A stretch of 64,000 nucleotides of DNA, taken from Monocercomonoides exilis PA203. Taxonomy: Eukaryota > Protista > Preaxostyla. The notes beneath the pieces were generated by a model. That model ran no database searches. It saw only the letters and a list, made by a program, of their open reading frames with translations, and was not told where the DNA came from. Numbering within the stretch: position 1 is the stretch's first letter; each line of letters starts with the position of its first letter. This document shows, piece after piece, positions 49,619 through 59,861 of this stretch. The DNA is taken from positions 310,001-374,000 of the forward strand of contig LSRY02000025.1 in assembly GCA_001643675.2 (NCBI GenBank), read 5' to 3'. The translations under genes were made by a program, and so were the position numbers.

Positions 49619-51635
49619 GGTTAGTGTTTTTATTGGCACCTTTTTTTTTATTGGCACCTTTTTTCTATTTCTTTGTGAAAGATATAATTTTCTATAAGAA
49701 ACAAAGATTATTTGTACAAACAATTGTTTTTGTCATCAGCGGATGAACTGATGTTCTTATTTGATTTCGGAGAAACAGTTAAATATGTTAGTGAAATTAT
49801 AGTATGAAAAAAACATGACAAATTCTTTTTAAAAACAAATTGAATATACAAAAATTTATAAAAGCAAATACTTCATATATCAAAACTTGAAATGTCTTCT
49901 GGCTGCTTAAAATGGACTTTTTTTTTGATCATTACCCAAAAAATTGATTAGTTTTTTTATGATCAAAAAAAAAGCTGAAGAAGGAAAAAGAAAAATGCAA
50001 GCAGAAATGGCGTCGATAAACTATCGCATTTATGAAAATAGACTCGAGAGAATGGCGCGAATTCTGATTGACGGAAAAGCCAGGCTTGTGGATGCAACCA
50101 ACTTCGGTGAATTTTCAAAAAAAACTCTCATTCATGCAGTGAAGGCTGTAAAAAGTGAAAGGGATGTTGCCAAAGTCGGAAGACCGTCATTGCTGCGCAA
50201 GGAAAAAAAGGAAATTGTTACAGACGTTATAAAAATTGAAGCAAAGTGTGGAACAAACCTAACAGTGAAAAAAACAAAAGAATTGGTTTGCAAAATATAT
50301 TTATTTTCTATTTATTTGATTCTATTTAGATTGAAAATGTGATTGAAGATGAAGATTCAGAGATTTTCGAAGATGCTTCACCAAAAAAAGAAATTTCAAA
50401 ATCAGCTGCTTATTCCTTCTTGCGAAATCAGCCCGAATTGAAATTACAAAAGCCAAAAATTCTGGATTCAAAACGTCTTGCCGCATCTTGTCAGGACGTT
50501 TTGAAGCCTTGGTACGAAATGCTTGATGATTTGCATTCAAAATATAAATACAAAAGGGAGTTAATCTTTAATGTGGATGAAACTTCATTAAGATTATCCG
50601 ATAATTCACAAAAACTTGTTGCAACATCCTCAGAGTCTCCTTCAGCCTATTGCCTTGCTCCTTCGAGGGTGCGAAACGCGACGCTTGTAGCTGCTGTTGC
50701 CTCGGATGGCTTTTCTTTACCCACAATTGTGCTTTGGCCAAGTTCCAATGTTCCGGAAGAGTTAACTCATCTCCTGTCTCCTTCGCTTGATGTGTGGAGC
50801 AATACAAACGGTTAGATGAACTTTTCTCTATTCGAAAGATACTCTTTGCGTGTTCTTCTTCCAGAAATATTAGAAAGAAAGAAAAGGATGAAATTGACTG
50901 AAGAGAGATGTTTGCTATTCGTAGATTCGCACAGCTCTCGTGCAAACCCTATAATTTGGAGAAAATTTATGGAATCGAATGTGGATGTTATCACATTTGT
51001 TCCTCACACAACACATATTTCACAACCTCTCGATAGAGGTGTTTTTGCTGTTCTTAAATCGGTTTTATATTCATCAATAGAAATACCTCAATCTTCAACA
51101 GCTTCTTCCAACAGAAAGGCTTTGGCAGACATCCTTCCTCAAGCTCTTCATTCTGCATTCGCACCATCAGTAATAAAGAATGCATTTGATGCAAGTGGTG
51201 TTTTGTTTAAATCCTCAGGACCAGTTTTACGTAAATTACCCAAACACTCTTCTTTTCCTTTGCCCGCTTATTCAAATCGTTTTGATTTTTACGGAAAACT
51301 GCTCACAAATGAGGATTTCTTTGAAAAGTGGGAAGAAGATATATTTATTCGAACAAGTGCGAAATGTTCCGAAGCCGAAGATGAAACAGAAAACATTGAA
51401 GATACTCTTCCAATTAAGTCAAAGAAGAAAAGAGTTTATCGAAGAATTTTGCATGATGATTTGGAAAACATCGAAGAAGAAAATTCTACAGATCAAAGTT
51501 TTGGAAAAAGAAAAATTCGAAGACTATTTGACCCAAGTTTTGTTTATTTTTGCTAATTGAGTCTGTATTTTTTGAATTTTATCACTTCAAAAATTTGGTG
51601 CCAATAAAAAAATGGTGCCAATAAAAACACTAACC
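49619..51635 (+). mobile_element. pogo/Tigger/Fot1-type DNA transposon, 2017 bp, TA target duplication
   Basis: Perfect 22-bp TIR GGTTAGTGTTTTTATTGGCACC, followed at both ends by a second TTTTTATTGGCACC copy; TA at 49617-49618 and 51636-51637. Confidence 0.92.
49959..51556 (+). CDS. DDE_1 (DD35D) transposase with a 44-nt intron and one internal TAG
   Basis: Exons 49959-50285 and 50330-51556 (intron GTTTGC..TTTAG); GRPSLL, FNVDET, TNG*MN (conserved W position, 50813-50815), LLFVDSHSSR, PHTTHISQPLDRGVF. Confidence 0.88.
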
Positions 51636-52935
51636 TACATATCAATGATAAGCGTTGTCAGCTTGGAGTATTTTTCGTCCTGGATTTGGCCATATATCGC
51701 AAAAGAATTCAATGTGTGGAGCCATCTTTCCAAAGTGATCGTTTCATCCTCTTCTTTTCTTTTTCTATTCCAATTCACGCTTTTCGATAGCTCTTCCAAT
51801 TCTCTTGTTGCTTCTCTCACAAAATGCAGCTCATTTACAATCATTCTTTCCAATCTTCTATCATTGAGAAATCTGCTAATCAAAAACTGCCAAGCAGATA
51901 GATACTCATTTCGTTTCAGATTGTGATGTTCCTGATGATGTTGAATGATTTCTGTAATTTCCTTTAAATATAAACTTCGTTTAACTTTCTGACATAAAAA
52001 ATTACAAGAAAGAAGCAACAATATCAAAAAGCAAACACAAGAACACACACGCCACATCCAGCACAGCTCAATGTCAGCAAAGCCATTTCCACATCTTTTT
52101 GAATCTCCTCGTTTTCCTCCTTGTTCAAAGCTGCTTTCAGAATGCAGCCAACACAAATGGATAGCGTTTCATCGCTCATGAAATAATCTACAAGAATCAC
52201 ATAGCATTCGCAGAGATCAGTCAAAAGCTTTTCGTTTCTTTCTTCTTTTTTCTTCTCATTTTCATCAATTATCATCTTTTCCAATCTTTTGCTGATGAAA
52301 ATTTTTAAAAACCTCGAGTGATTATTCTATTCAGCTTATTGCAATATGCAAAGTGCTTTAACATGAAAATGGCATTTTCCATTGAAAATGTCTTTTTTTC
52401 AATCATTTCGTTAACTTTATTGCGCCGTTCCTTTGGAAAAGCAAAATAAATTTCATCTTTGTTCATCTCGTCCATCAATACATTCGTTTCTTCGATTTTC
52501 TGTTTCTGTTCTTCCTCATTGCAATCCTCCAGTTCATTAAATAATTCTGATATTCAAATTTAAAAAAATACAATTGTCATGATTTCAACTGAAATAATAA
52601 TTAGTACCTATGTATTTTTTCTGCATTGTTCAATTCCTATCTTTTTGAAAGTTTATTTTATTTGATATTCTTGGCCATTTTGATTTAAAATGAGATTTTG
52701 CACATTCCTTCACAAAATAAATCGAGTAATATAATAGATATAAAAAGTCCAAAATTAATATCTATGCCTGCACAATCCTTTCAAACATGAATATTTGTTC
52801 ACAACTGATTATGCAAATCATTGATTCATTTTTTATAAATCTATGCTGTATTGGGAATTGTGTAAAATTAAATTCATTTGAATACGAATAATTGCATGCC
52901 AAAATAAATATTTTGTTTTTTCTCAAAGAGAAAAT

Positions 52936-52975
<40 letters not shown>

Positions 52976-53180
52976 TTGAAAACTGGTGTCGTGCATGACA
53001 TTATTTTATCTTCAAGTTACACAGGATTGATTGAAATATTCTCTTTCGAAATTAAAATATTGATCCTCATATTGAATCTTTTTTTCGTAAAGTTATTATT
53101 TAAGATCGAATTTTATTCTTTATGATCAAAACCATATTTTTAAATATCAATTTTGAAAAATATTTAAAAGACTCTTTCTA

Positions 53181-54920
53181 ATGATTCTCTATTTGGCTTG
53201 CGTTTATGTTTTGAGAATAAATGCATTTGAAGTTTACAAAGGAGATGTGCAGATGACCACGCTTGGATCTACAAACAATTACAACAGAATAGGATGCATT
53301 ACTAAAGCAACAAATGCATCAGTTAGAATAGTATATACCAAGCTGATTGGTGTGCAAAAAGGTTCAATCGGAGAGTTTGTGGAAGGCTCTGAAGTGATCC
53401 TACAGGACTGCGTGATTGAGGCGACGAACACAGAAAAGTCACCATTTTTGCTTGCTGGATCGTCTTTGGTTGCAAACGGCATTGAGATTATTGCACAGCA
53501 GCATGGCTCTGTTGCATGCTTCTGCGAGAGCAGAGATGGGCAGGAAGAACTGTTCCTGAAGGATTCGAGGTTCGATAATCTCATGTGTGTGGGGGAAAGT
53601 TCGTTCCTTCCGGTTCAAGGGAAGGGAATGTCTGTTGTGGATTGCGCATTCAACAATGCTACAAAGCAAAGTGGATTTGTAGGAATTCCGCATGCGCCAG
53701 GGTGCTTGGAGACACATTTGAGTGGATCGAGCTTTTTCGATTGCCAGAACGTGTTTTATGGTGGAGTCATGGGAGGAATGAATGTGTATGAGTTTGCTTC
53801 GAGTAATTGCAGCTTTTGTAGGTGCGTGCACAACTTGCAATTTCGGTTGAGTGCAAATGGGTTGCTTGAACAGGCGATTGGAGTGTCATATGAGGGGAAG
53901 ACATTCTCTTCCACGCAGATAGTTGAAGCTGGAGTTTCAACCTTTACGGATTGCACGTTCTCATCGTGCAAAGGATTAGTTGGAGGAGGACTTGTTATTG
54001 GGCCAGCGACAGCGGAGGTTAATTCGTGCACGTTTGAAAGTTGCTCAGCTGCGATTGGAGGGGGTGCACTGTATTCATCAGGCACTGATTCCGTGGTTGC
54101 TTTGAAGGCAAGTAAGTTTATTGGGTGTTCTGCTACAGGCGACGAATTGCTAGGGATAGGACCTGGGATATCTGAAGGTGGCGCAATTCTTATTAACAAA
54201 GGAGAGTGCTTTTTATCAGACGTGAGCGGAGAAGGGTGCGTTGCTGGTGTGGGAGGGTTTATGACAGGATTATTGAGTTCAGAGATAATGTGGGTTGGTC
54301 TTACGATAAATGAGTGCAAGACCACAATCGGGGATGGAATAAACTGCGGTGGTGCCTTATGCTTTTCGGAGATAAAGTCATCGACGATTAAAGAGTCATT
54401 GTTCCAGAAATGTGAAGCTGGATTTGGAGGAGGAGCCTTGGCAATTCTGTTTATTGAAAAAGCGTCTTTTTTGCACGTACTGAACTGCAAGTTTAAAGAA
54501 AACAAGGCAATTGGAAATAGCGAAAAGTTTTTTGAAGCGCTGAACATTCAAGCAGAAGAACGATATGAGATAACGAAAGAGATGTATGCAAGCGACATTT
54601 TAATTACTACGAACGAAACTGAAGGCAAATTCACGAAAGATAATTTTGAGGGAACGACTTCGTCAAGTAAGAAGCCGAGGACATACAGTCGTTCGCAAGG
54701 TAACTTTGACAATCTGATAAAAGGTGCACTGACAAAAGGAGGAATAATTGGACTTGTTATTGGCATAGTTGCAGCTGTTGTAATTATTGTTGTAGTGATT
54801 ATTGTGGTTGTGTGTGTTGTGAAGAAAAAGAAGGGGAAGAAAGCAAACAAGAGCAATGAAATGGTGTTGGTTGATTCAACGACGCAAGAAGAAACTTCAT
54901 CGGAAGTCCCAACAGAATAG
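53181..54920 (+). CDS. Type I membrane surface protein with beta-helix (Pmp-like GGA[LI]) repeats, 579 aa
   Basis: Hydrophobic N-terminus, repeated C.F..C....GG(A/G)L units, TM GGIIGLVIGIVAAVVIIVVVIIVVVCVV followed by KKKKGKK, short acidic tail. Confidence 0.85.
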   Translation: MILYLACVYVLRINAFEVYKGDVQMTTLGSTNNYNRIGCITKATNASVRIVYTKLIGVQKGSIGEFVEGSEVILQDCVIEATNTEKSPFLLAGSSLVANGIEIIAQQHGSVACFCESRDGQEELFLKDSRFDNLMCVGESSFLPVQGKGMSVVDCAFNNATKQSGFVGIPHAPGCLETHLSGSSFFDCQNVFYGGVMGGMNVYEFASSNCSFCRCVHNLQFRLSANGLLEQAIGVSYEGKTFSSTQIVEAGVSTFTDCTFSSCKGLVGGGLVIGPATAEVNSCTFESCSAAIGGGALYSSGTDSVVALKASKFIGCSATGDELLGIGPGISEGGAILINKGECFLSDVSGEGCVAGVGGFMTGLLSSEIMWVGLTINECKTTIGDGINCGGALCFSEIKSSTIKESLFQKCEAGFGGGALAILFIEKASFLHVLNCKFKENKAIGNSEKFFEALNIQAEERYEITKEMYASDILITTNETEGKFTKDNFEGTTSSSKKPRTYSRSQGNFDNLIKGALTKGGIIGLVIGIVAAVVIIVVVIIVVVCVVKKKKGKKANKSNEMVLVDSTTQEETSSEVPTE

Positions 54921-55748
54921 TCCAAAAGTGGTTTTCTATTGTTACCATTTTATTTTTTTTTTATTTTATTTTTTTATTTTTTCATATCCCTGCTTCGTTT
55001 ATTTCTTATTTTCTTTTTGACCATTATTTACTTTTTGAATTGTACTTCCAATAATATTATATTGTTTGTTTGTTTTTGCAAACTTTCGTTCATGAACCGA
55101 GTTTATTTTGAGTAGTCGTTTTTGACAACATTTTAAGGATCATTTATTAACTTTTAATTGGATTTTTTTGAGATCAATAGAACCTAAGATTTAGAGTCCC
55201 GACTTAATTCAATGATTATCAGTTGTGTATTTGAGAAATACGTTTCTTTTTTTTTTTTTTTTTTTTTCTGAAAGATATGTTTTGTTTGTACATCAACTTA
55301 AATGGTACATAATTTTTCCTTTTATGAAAAAAAACAGTGATTTGTTCTTTGCACGAACTACTTTCTTATTTCAATATGTATTGTAATATTTCTTGCTGAA
55401 ATGAAAAGAAATCCATAATAAAAATTTAATCGATATATGATAACTTATCGTAGTCGGTAAAATGTTAACAGAATAAAAAGATTTTGATATTGTGTTATTT
55501 ATTGGAATAAATAAAGTGCATCTGGCTTCGAATTTTTGGTTTTCTGTCTTGTTTTCGTTTTTTAAAATGACATTGAAAAAATTACAAATTATTGAAGTGA
55601 TCAGCATTTTTTGCAAAGTCAAAATATTAATTTATTATGAGATTTGACATAAATAATTGATAACTTATACAACAATATGAAAGAAATAATCATCTAAACA
55701 AAATTATTTTCTAGATTAAAATGTCAAGCTGTTCTGACGTTGTTATGA

Positions 55749-56252
55749 CAGTTTGTGCAAAAAATACCGGAGGTCGCAAAAAATATTGGACAAGATCGAT
55801 TTAGCAATAACTGAAAGTGGAATAATTCTGACAATTTTCCTCAAAATATATATCATCAATGAAAACTCGTTTGATACAGATATCGCATAAAATACCGGAC
55901 AAGATCGATTTCTCAATAACTGCAAGAGGAATAATTCTGACAATTTTCCTCTAAATATGCATCATTAATGCAAACTCATTAGAGAAACAAAACTTTCAAA
56001 ATAGCTTCATTTGTGCTCAGAAAAAATAATTATAGGTATTTCTGAGTAATAGGATTTTGCATTTCCCCGAAATTTCGATGTTAATTATTTCTGAGCACAA
56101 ATAAAGCTGAAGTGGAGTCTTGTTTTTCAAATGAGTTTGTTTTGATGAGATATATTTCGAGGAAAATTGTCAGAATTATTACTCTTGCAGTTATTGTGAA
56201 ATCGATCTTGTCCGGTATTTTTTGCAATGTCCGGTATTTTTTGCACAAACTG
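55749..56252. mobile_element. Non-autonomous Tc1/mariner-like foldback element (CAGT..ACTG) with ~120-bp TIRs
   Basis: CAGTTTGTGCAAAAAATACCGGA... is mirrored by ...TCCGGTATTTTTTGCACAAACTG|TA; the left arm is partly duplicated in tandem (55888-55980); inner inverted repeat at about 56003-56108. Confidence 0.8.
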
Positions 56253-56763
56253 TATTTGTGAGAAACTTTTATTATATAAAAAAATTTTTGTTAATTGTTG
56301 AAAAATCACATTCAGTTCTTAAAAAATCTCAAACCAAATTTCGAATTTTATTTAATTATATTTATTGTCCAAGATGCAATTATTGTTTAGAAAAGAATTT
56401 AACAAATCGATGATTGTTTTTATAATCTTATTTTTTCGTTCAGAAATCACAGTTTGAAATTTTTGTCCAAAATATTTGTCAATGAATACAGAAAAGTAAT
56501 AGCTGCAAATAAAAGCATCACTGTCTTTCTTTTTTATCAAACATTGATCATTTATTCAATAGAAATAAATTTCGACTTTCGAAGATGTATTTTATTCGAT
56601 ATTCATGAATATTCAAATAATCAGCAAACCGAAAAAATCATGATTTCAAAAACGATCACCAAAATAATGAGGGACTTTTGTGAAAATCATTTGCCAATAA
56701 GATCAAATTATCTGTTTTATAATTTTTGTTCCATTTAATAATGATTGCTATTTTTTTTCATTT

Positions 56764-57151
56764 TGGGCAAAATATTTTTCTTCAGGCATTTTCTTTGAAA
56801 AATTATTCACTTTTCATTTACTTTTTGAGATCAAAAAACGCAATAAAAATATGTCTATTTTTTGACATTCGTGAAATGTTGGAAAACTTCATGTTTAGAT
56901 TTCAGCTATGCCTGTTTACGGATATGAAAATCTAATTAATTTCAAAATCTGAGAAAGCGAAATAAAGTTATGAGCTATCCAATTTTTTTTTATGCTTTGT
57001 GCAAAAAAAGTCTGAAAGTCGTTAAATTCACACATTTGTTCAATTATTCTGTATTTCATAACAAGATAATGAAAGATTGTTAACGATAAGACAAAAGAAA
57101 ACGTTAGAAACAGATCGTTGTTATTTTCATAAATAATAAATATTTGCCCCA
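56764..57151. mobile_element. MITE family B (TGGGCAAAATATTT..AAATATTTGCCCCA)
   Basis: Short imperfect TIRs; the first ~260 bp are shared with 28687-28945. Confidence 0.6.
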
Positions 57152-57968
57152 TATGATCAGAGCTTTAAGAAAAAAAAATATTTCAAAAAGTAACTATCTT
57201 TTGTGAAATCTATAAATTTCGGGGAGTCTTTATTTTTTGAATGAAATGAATTAATTTTTCATCATGAAACAATCTTTTTGTTATGACTGAGTCTTTTTAT
57301 GACATATCAAATTTATTATGAGACACTTATATGCGTTCACATGAAAAAAGAATTTCATTGTTAATCGTAAATAAAAAAACGCAAAGAGCTGAATTCATTG
57401 AAAGAACCTTTTATTTTTTCTTGATAAAACCAAAATTTAAAGTTGTTGGTCATTTTTCTTTATTGTTGTGAAAATTAGTTTTCGCAAAGTGTCAATTATT
57501 ATTAAGTTTTTTCTTCCATTTTTTATTTATACAACACTATTGGTGCTTCATCAACACTCTTGTCGCAAACCTGTCCCCACAAACAAAAAAAAAGGGAATA
57601 TCGGTGATTATTTTTGAAATCATATTTTTTTGAACAAATAATTCGATTTGATTTTTTTACTACAATGATTAATTGATTCTCTTTGACAATGAATTTTCAT
57701 AATAATCACACATGTCTTTAACTCTGAACATTTTTTTTCTTCTTATTGTTTGAGTTGACAATTGAAAAAATAACAACATGTTTAAGATGAAATGGATGAA
57801 TAAAATGATAACACATAAGGAGGAATAGGCGAACTTTCAAGCTCGCTTTGCACCACACATTAAAAAACTGAAACACTCATAACTTTATTAAACTTTTTCA
57901 GATTTCATAAAAAAATGATTTTTCATATCTGCGAACTTGCGTCATTTGACACAGAATTTTTGCAATTA

Positions 57969-58224
57969 TGGGTGATTATTTTTGATATCGGAATATTTCA
58001 TTCAAAATTTTTAATGAAGGAATATATCTTGAGTATCAATTAAAAAAAAATTGAAAAGCGAAAAGTTTTATTGAATTCATTTTTATTTTTGATTCGGTTA
58101 AACATCTGTTTTTAAAATAGTTGTGATGCTTTTTACATGAAAATGCAAAATGCCTTTCCAAAAACCATCAATCTATGAAAAAACAACACACTGAAAAAAG
58201 TTATGATATCAAAAATAATCACCA
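57969..58224. mobile_element. MITE family A copy (256 bp)
   Basis: TGGGTGATTATTTTTGATATC..GATATCAAAAATAATCACCA; full-length inverted homologue of 10511-10768. Solo termini also occur near 56628-56660 and 57603-57630. Confidence 0.8.
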
Positions 58225-58631
58225 TTATGAAAAATTCAATGATTTGTTCCAAACTTTCTTTCATATCGTGTTATTGTAATTCTGGCATCCTCATGCAAAA
58301 TAATACATTGAAATATAAAAAAGTTGTGAAAAATCTTTGAAAGCAATGTGTAGAACAAAATTCAAAAAGTTAAATATTTCATCCCATTTAATTAATGACA
58401 TGATTTTTTGAAGCGTAATTTGAATTCGAAAAAATGATCTTGTTCTTTTTTTCTGACAGATAAATGATTTCATAACTTGTCATATCACAGAGGTATATCT
58501 CAAACATTCATTTCACAAACGTGATGTCAAGTTTTAACCAAAAAAGAAACTCAAAAACAAGATTTTCAATGAAAGAAAAAGATACGAAAAAATTACCATC
58601 TTTTACCATTTTTGCTCATAAAAAAATAATA

Positions 58632-59636
58632 CTATCGAGTGAAATGATCATCCATAATTGAATTAAAACATTTTAAGCAAATGAAGAAACAGTAAGCATA
58701 AATAGGAGCAAAACAAATGAATTCAAGAAATGAAGAAAAATGATTCATCTCCATATATCTTTAAATAAAAGCAGCGGATCGTAATTGTTTCATAAAAAGT
58801 CGTACGAACAATAAGATTTAGAAAAATTTCAAACAAAAATTGCAGCACACCTTTGAATAACCGAAATGATTAGAAACGAGGTTAAAGTGAAAAGCGATAC
58901 TCTCTGAGCCATTCCACGACGTTTTGCATTTTGTGATTTAAGAAGCCATAAAGCAAAACTTAAAGCACAATAAATAAATGCTTCCCAATGTGCAAGAAGT
59001 GAATGAACAAGAGATGCAGAGTTCCACTCAAGTGCATTTGATTCCATCCAAATTGGGAGAAAGCGAGAAAAAAGGCATCTCCCAACCGCCCAACCTGTTT
59101 ATAAAACAACGAAAATAAACAAAGAAAGACAAAAAAAGAGATTTGCAAACTCATCCCAACAGTCCAAATTCGAGATTCCGTTCCTGATCCAAGTGATAAT
59201 GAAATTGTCATTCCGATGAGATCAATTACACTTTTCAAAATAACAGATATTCCCTTCATATAAAATTATAAACATTCATTAAAATCATTTTATAATAAAA
59301 TATAAACAATTGATTGAACGAAACAATCAAAAATTATTTCAAAAAATTTTCATACAGCATCTAACGTGAAGTGTTTGGATGGTGACCCAGGCGGAAGTAT
59401 CACATCGACAACAACTTTAATTATTGCACTTACTACATAAACAGCTAATACTTTAAGAGCAGTCTTGTACTTTATATGATCCTTTCTATGCAAAACACAA
59501 AAAAAAGATACACAAATAAATAACAAAGCATTGTAACAATTATTAAGAAACGCGCAAACAATTTTGAAAATTGCAGCACTATTATATACGGAGCAAATGT
59601 CAATACAAGCGCGTTTATTAGCGGTACAAATGCCAT
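58632..59636 (-). CDS. TMEM147: TMEM147 homologue (BOS / Nicalin-NOMO complex subunit), 226 aa, 5 exons
   Basis: Exons 59636-59560, 59485-59356, 59253-59151, 59094-58851, 58758-58632 join in frame. MAFVPLINALVLTFAPYIIVLQFSKL, VIDLIGM and VGMSWAVGRCLFSRFLPIWMESNALEWN match the TMEM147 pattern as I recall it (N.F.L...PYF, DLIG, LGWA.A....SR..PLW..A...EFD); length is also similar. Confidence 0.8.
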
Positions 59637-59861
59637 CTCTTTCACGTTATGGTTTAACATTGATCTTATTTTTTCGTTTTTTATGCACAGAGATGATCAT
59701 TGAGAATTTTGAAACATTTGCATCGCCTTCATACATCTTTAAAGGTGTTATAAGTCGAATGCTGATTACTGCTGGATAGTTGCACTTTTTAATCTGTTCG
59801 TTTTCTGTAAAACTTTTTTGGGAACCTCATGCGAATGTTTCATTTGGGCTTCCGACAAACG

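Larger units (their letters stand above)
49196..52678 (-). pseudogene. Paralogue D of the same family; has stops and a frameshift and is split by a pogo transposon
   Basis: DVEMALLTLSC, NELHFVREATRELEEL, EKMEEEGYEDIV; stop and frameshift near 52290-52310. Removing 49619-51635 plus one TA restores IDMYITSKFNY*NVHVCC, which aligns ungapped to IDLCRAAKGNHREIHKKG of paralogue A. Confidence 0.85.

Noticed and set aside
8785-50815. In-frame TAA/TAG in the two transposases as evidence of a TAR=Gln genetic code
   Set aside because: The kinase, protease, TMEM147 and the Tc1 ORF itself end at TAA or TAG at the expected positions, and the pogo TAG replaces a Trp.
49613-51641. Alternative wider pogo boundaries (TGTAGG..CCTACA with outer TA)
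   Set aside because: Only excision at 49619-51635 restores the host reading frame; the extra symmetry is the palindromic target site.
55780-55980. Direct repeats as a CRISPR-like array
   Set aside because: Only two ~95-bp units, part of a transposon arm, in eukaryotic DNA with no cas genes.
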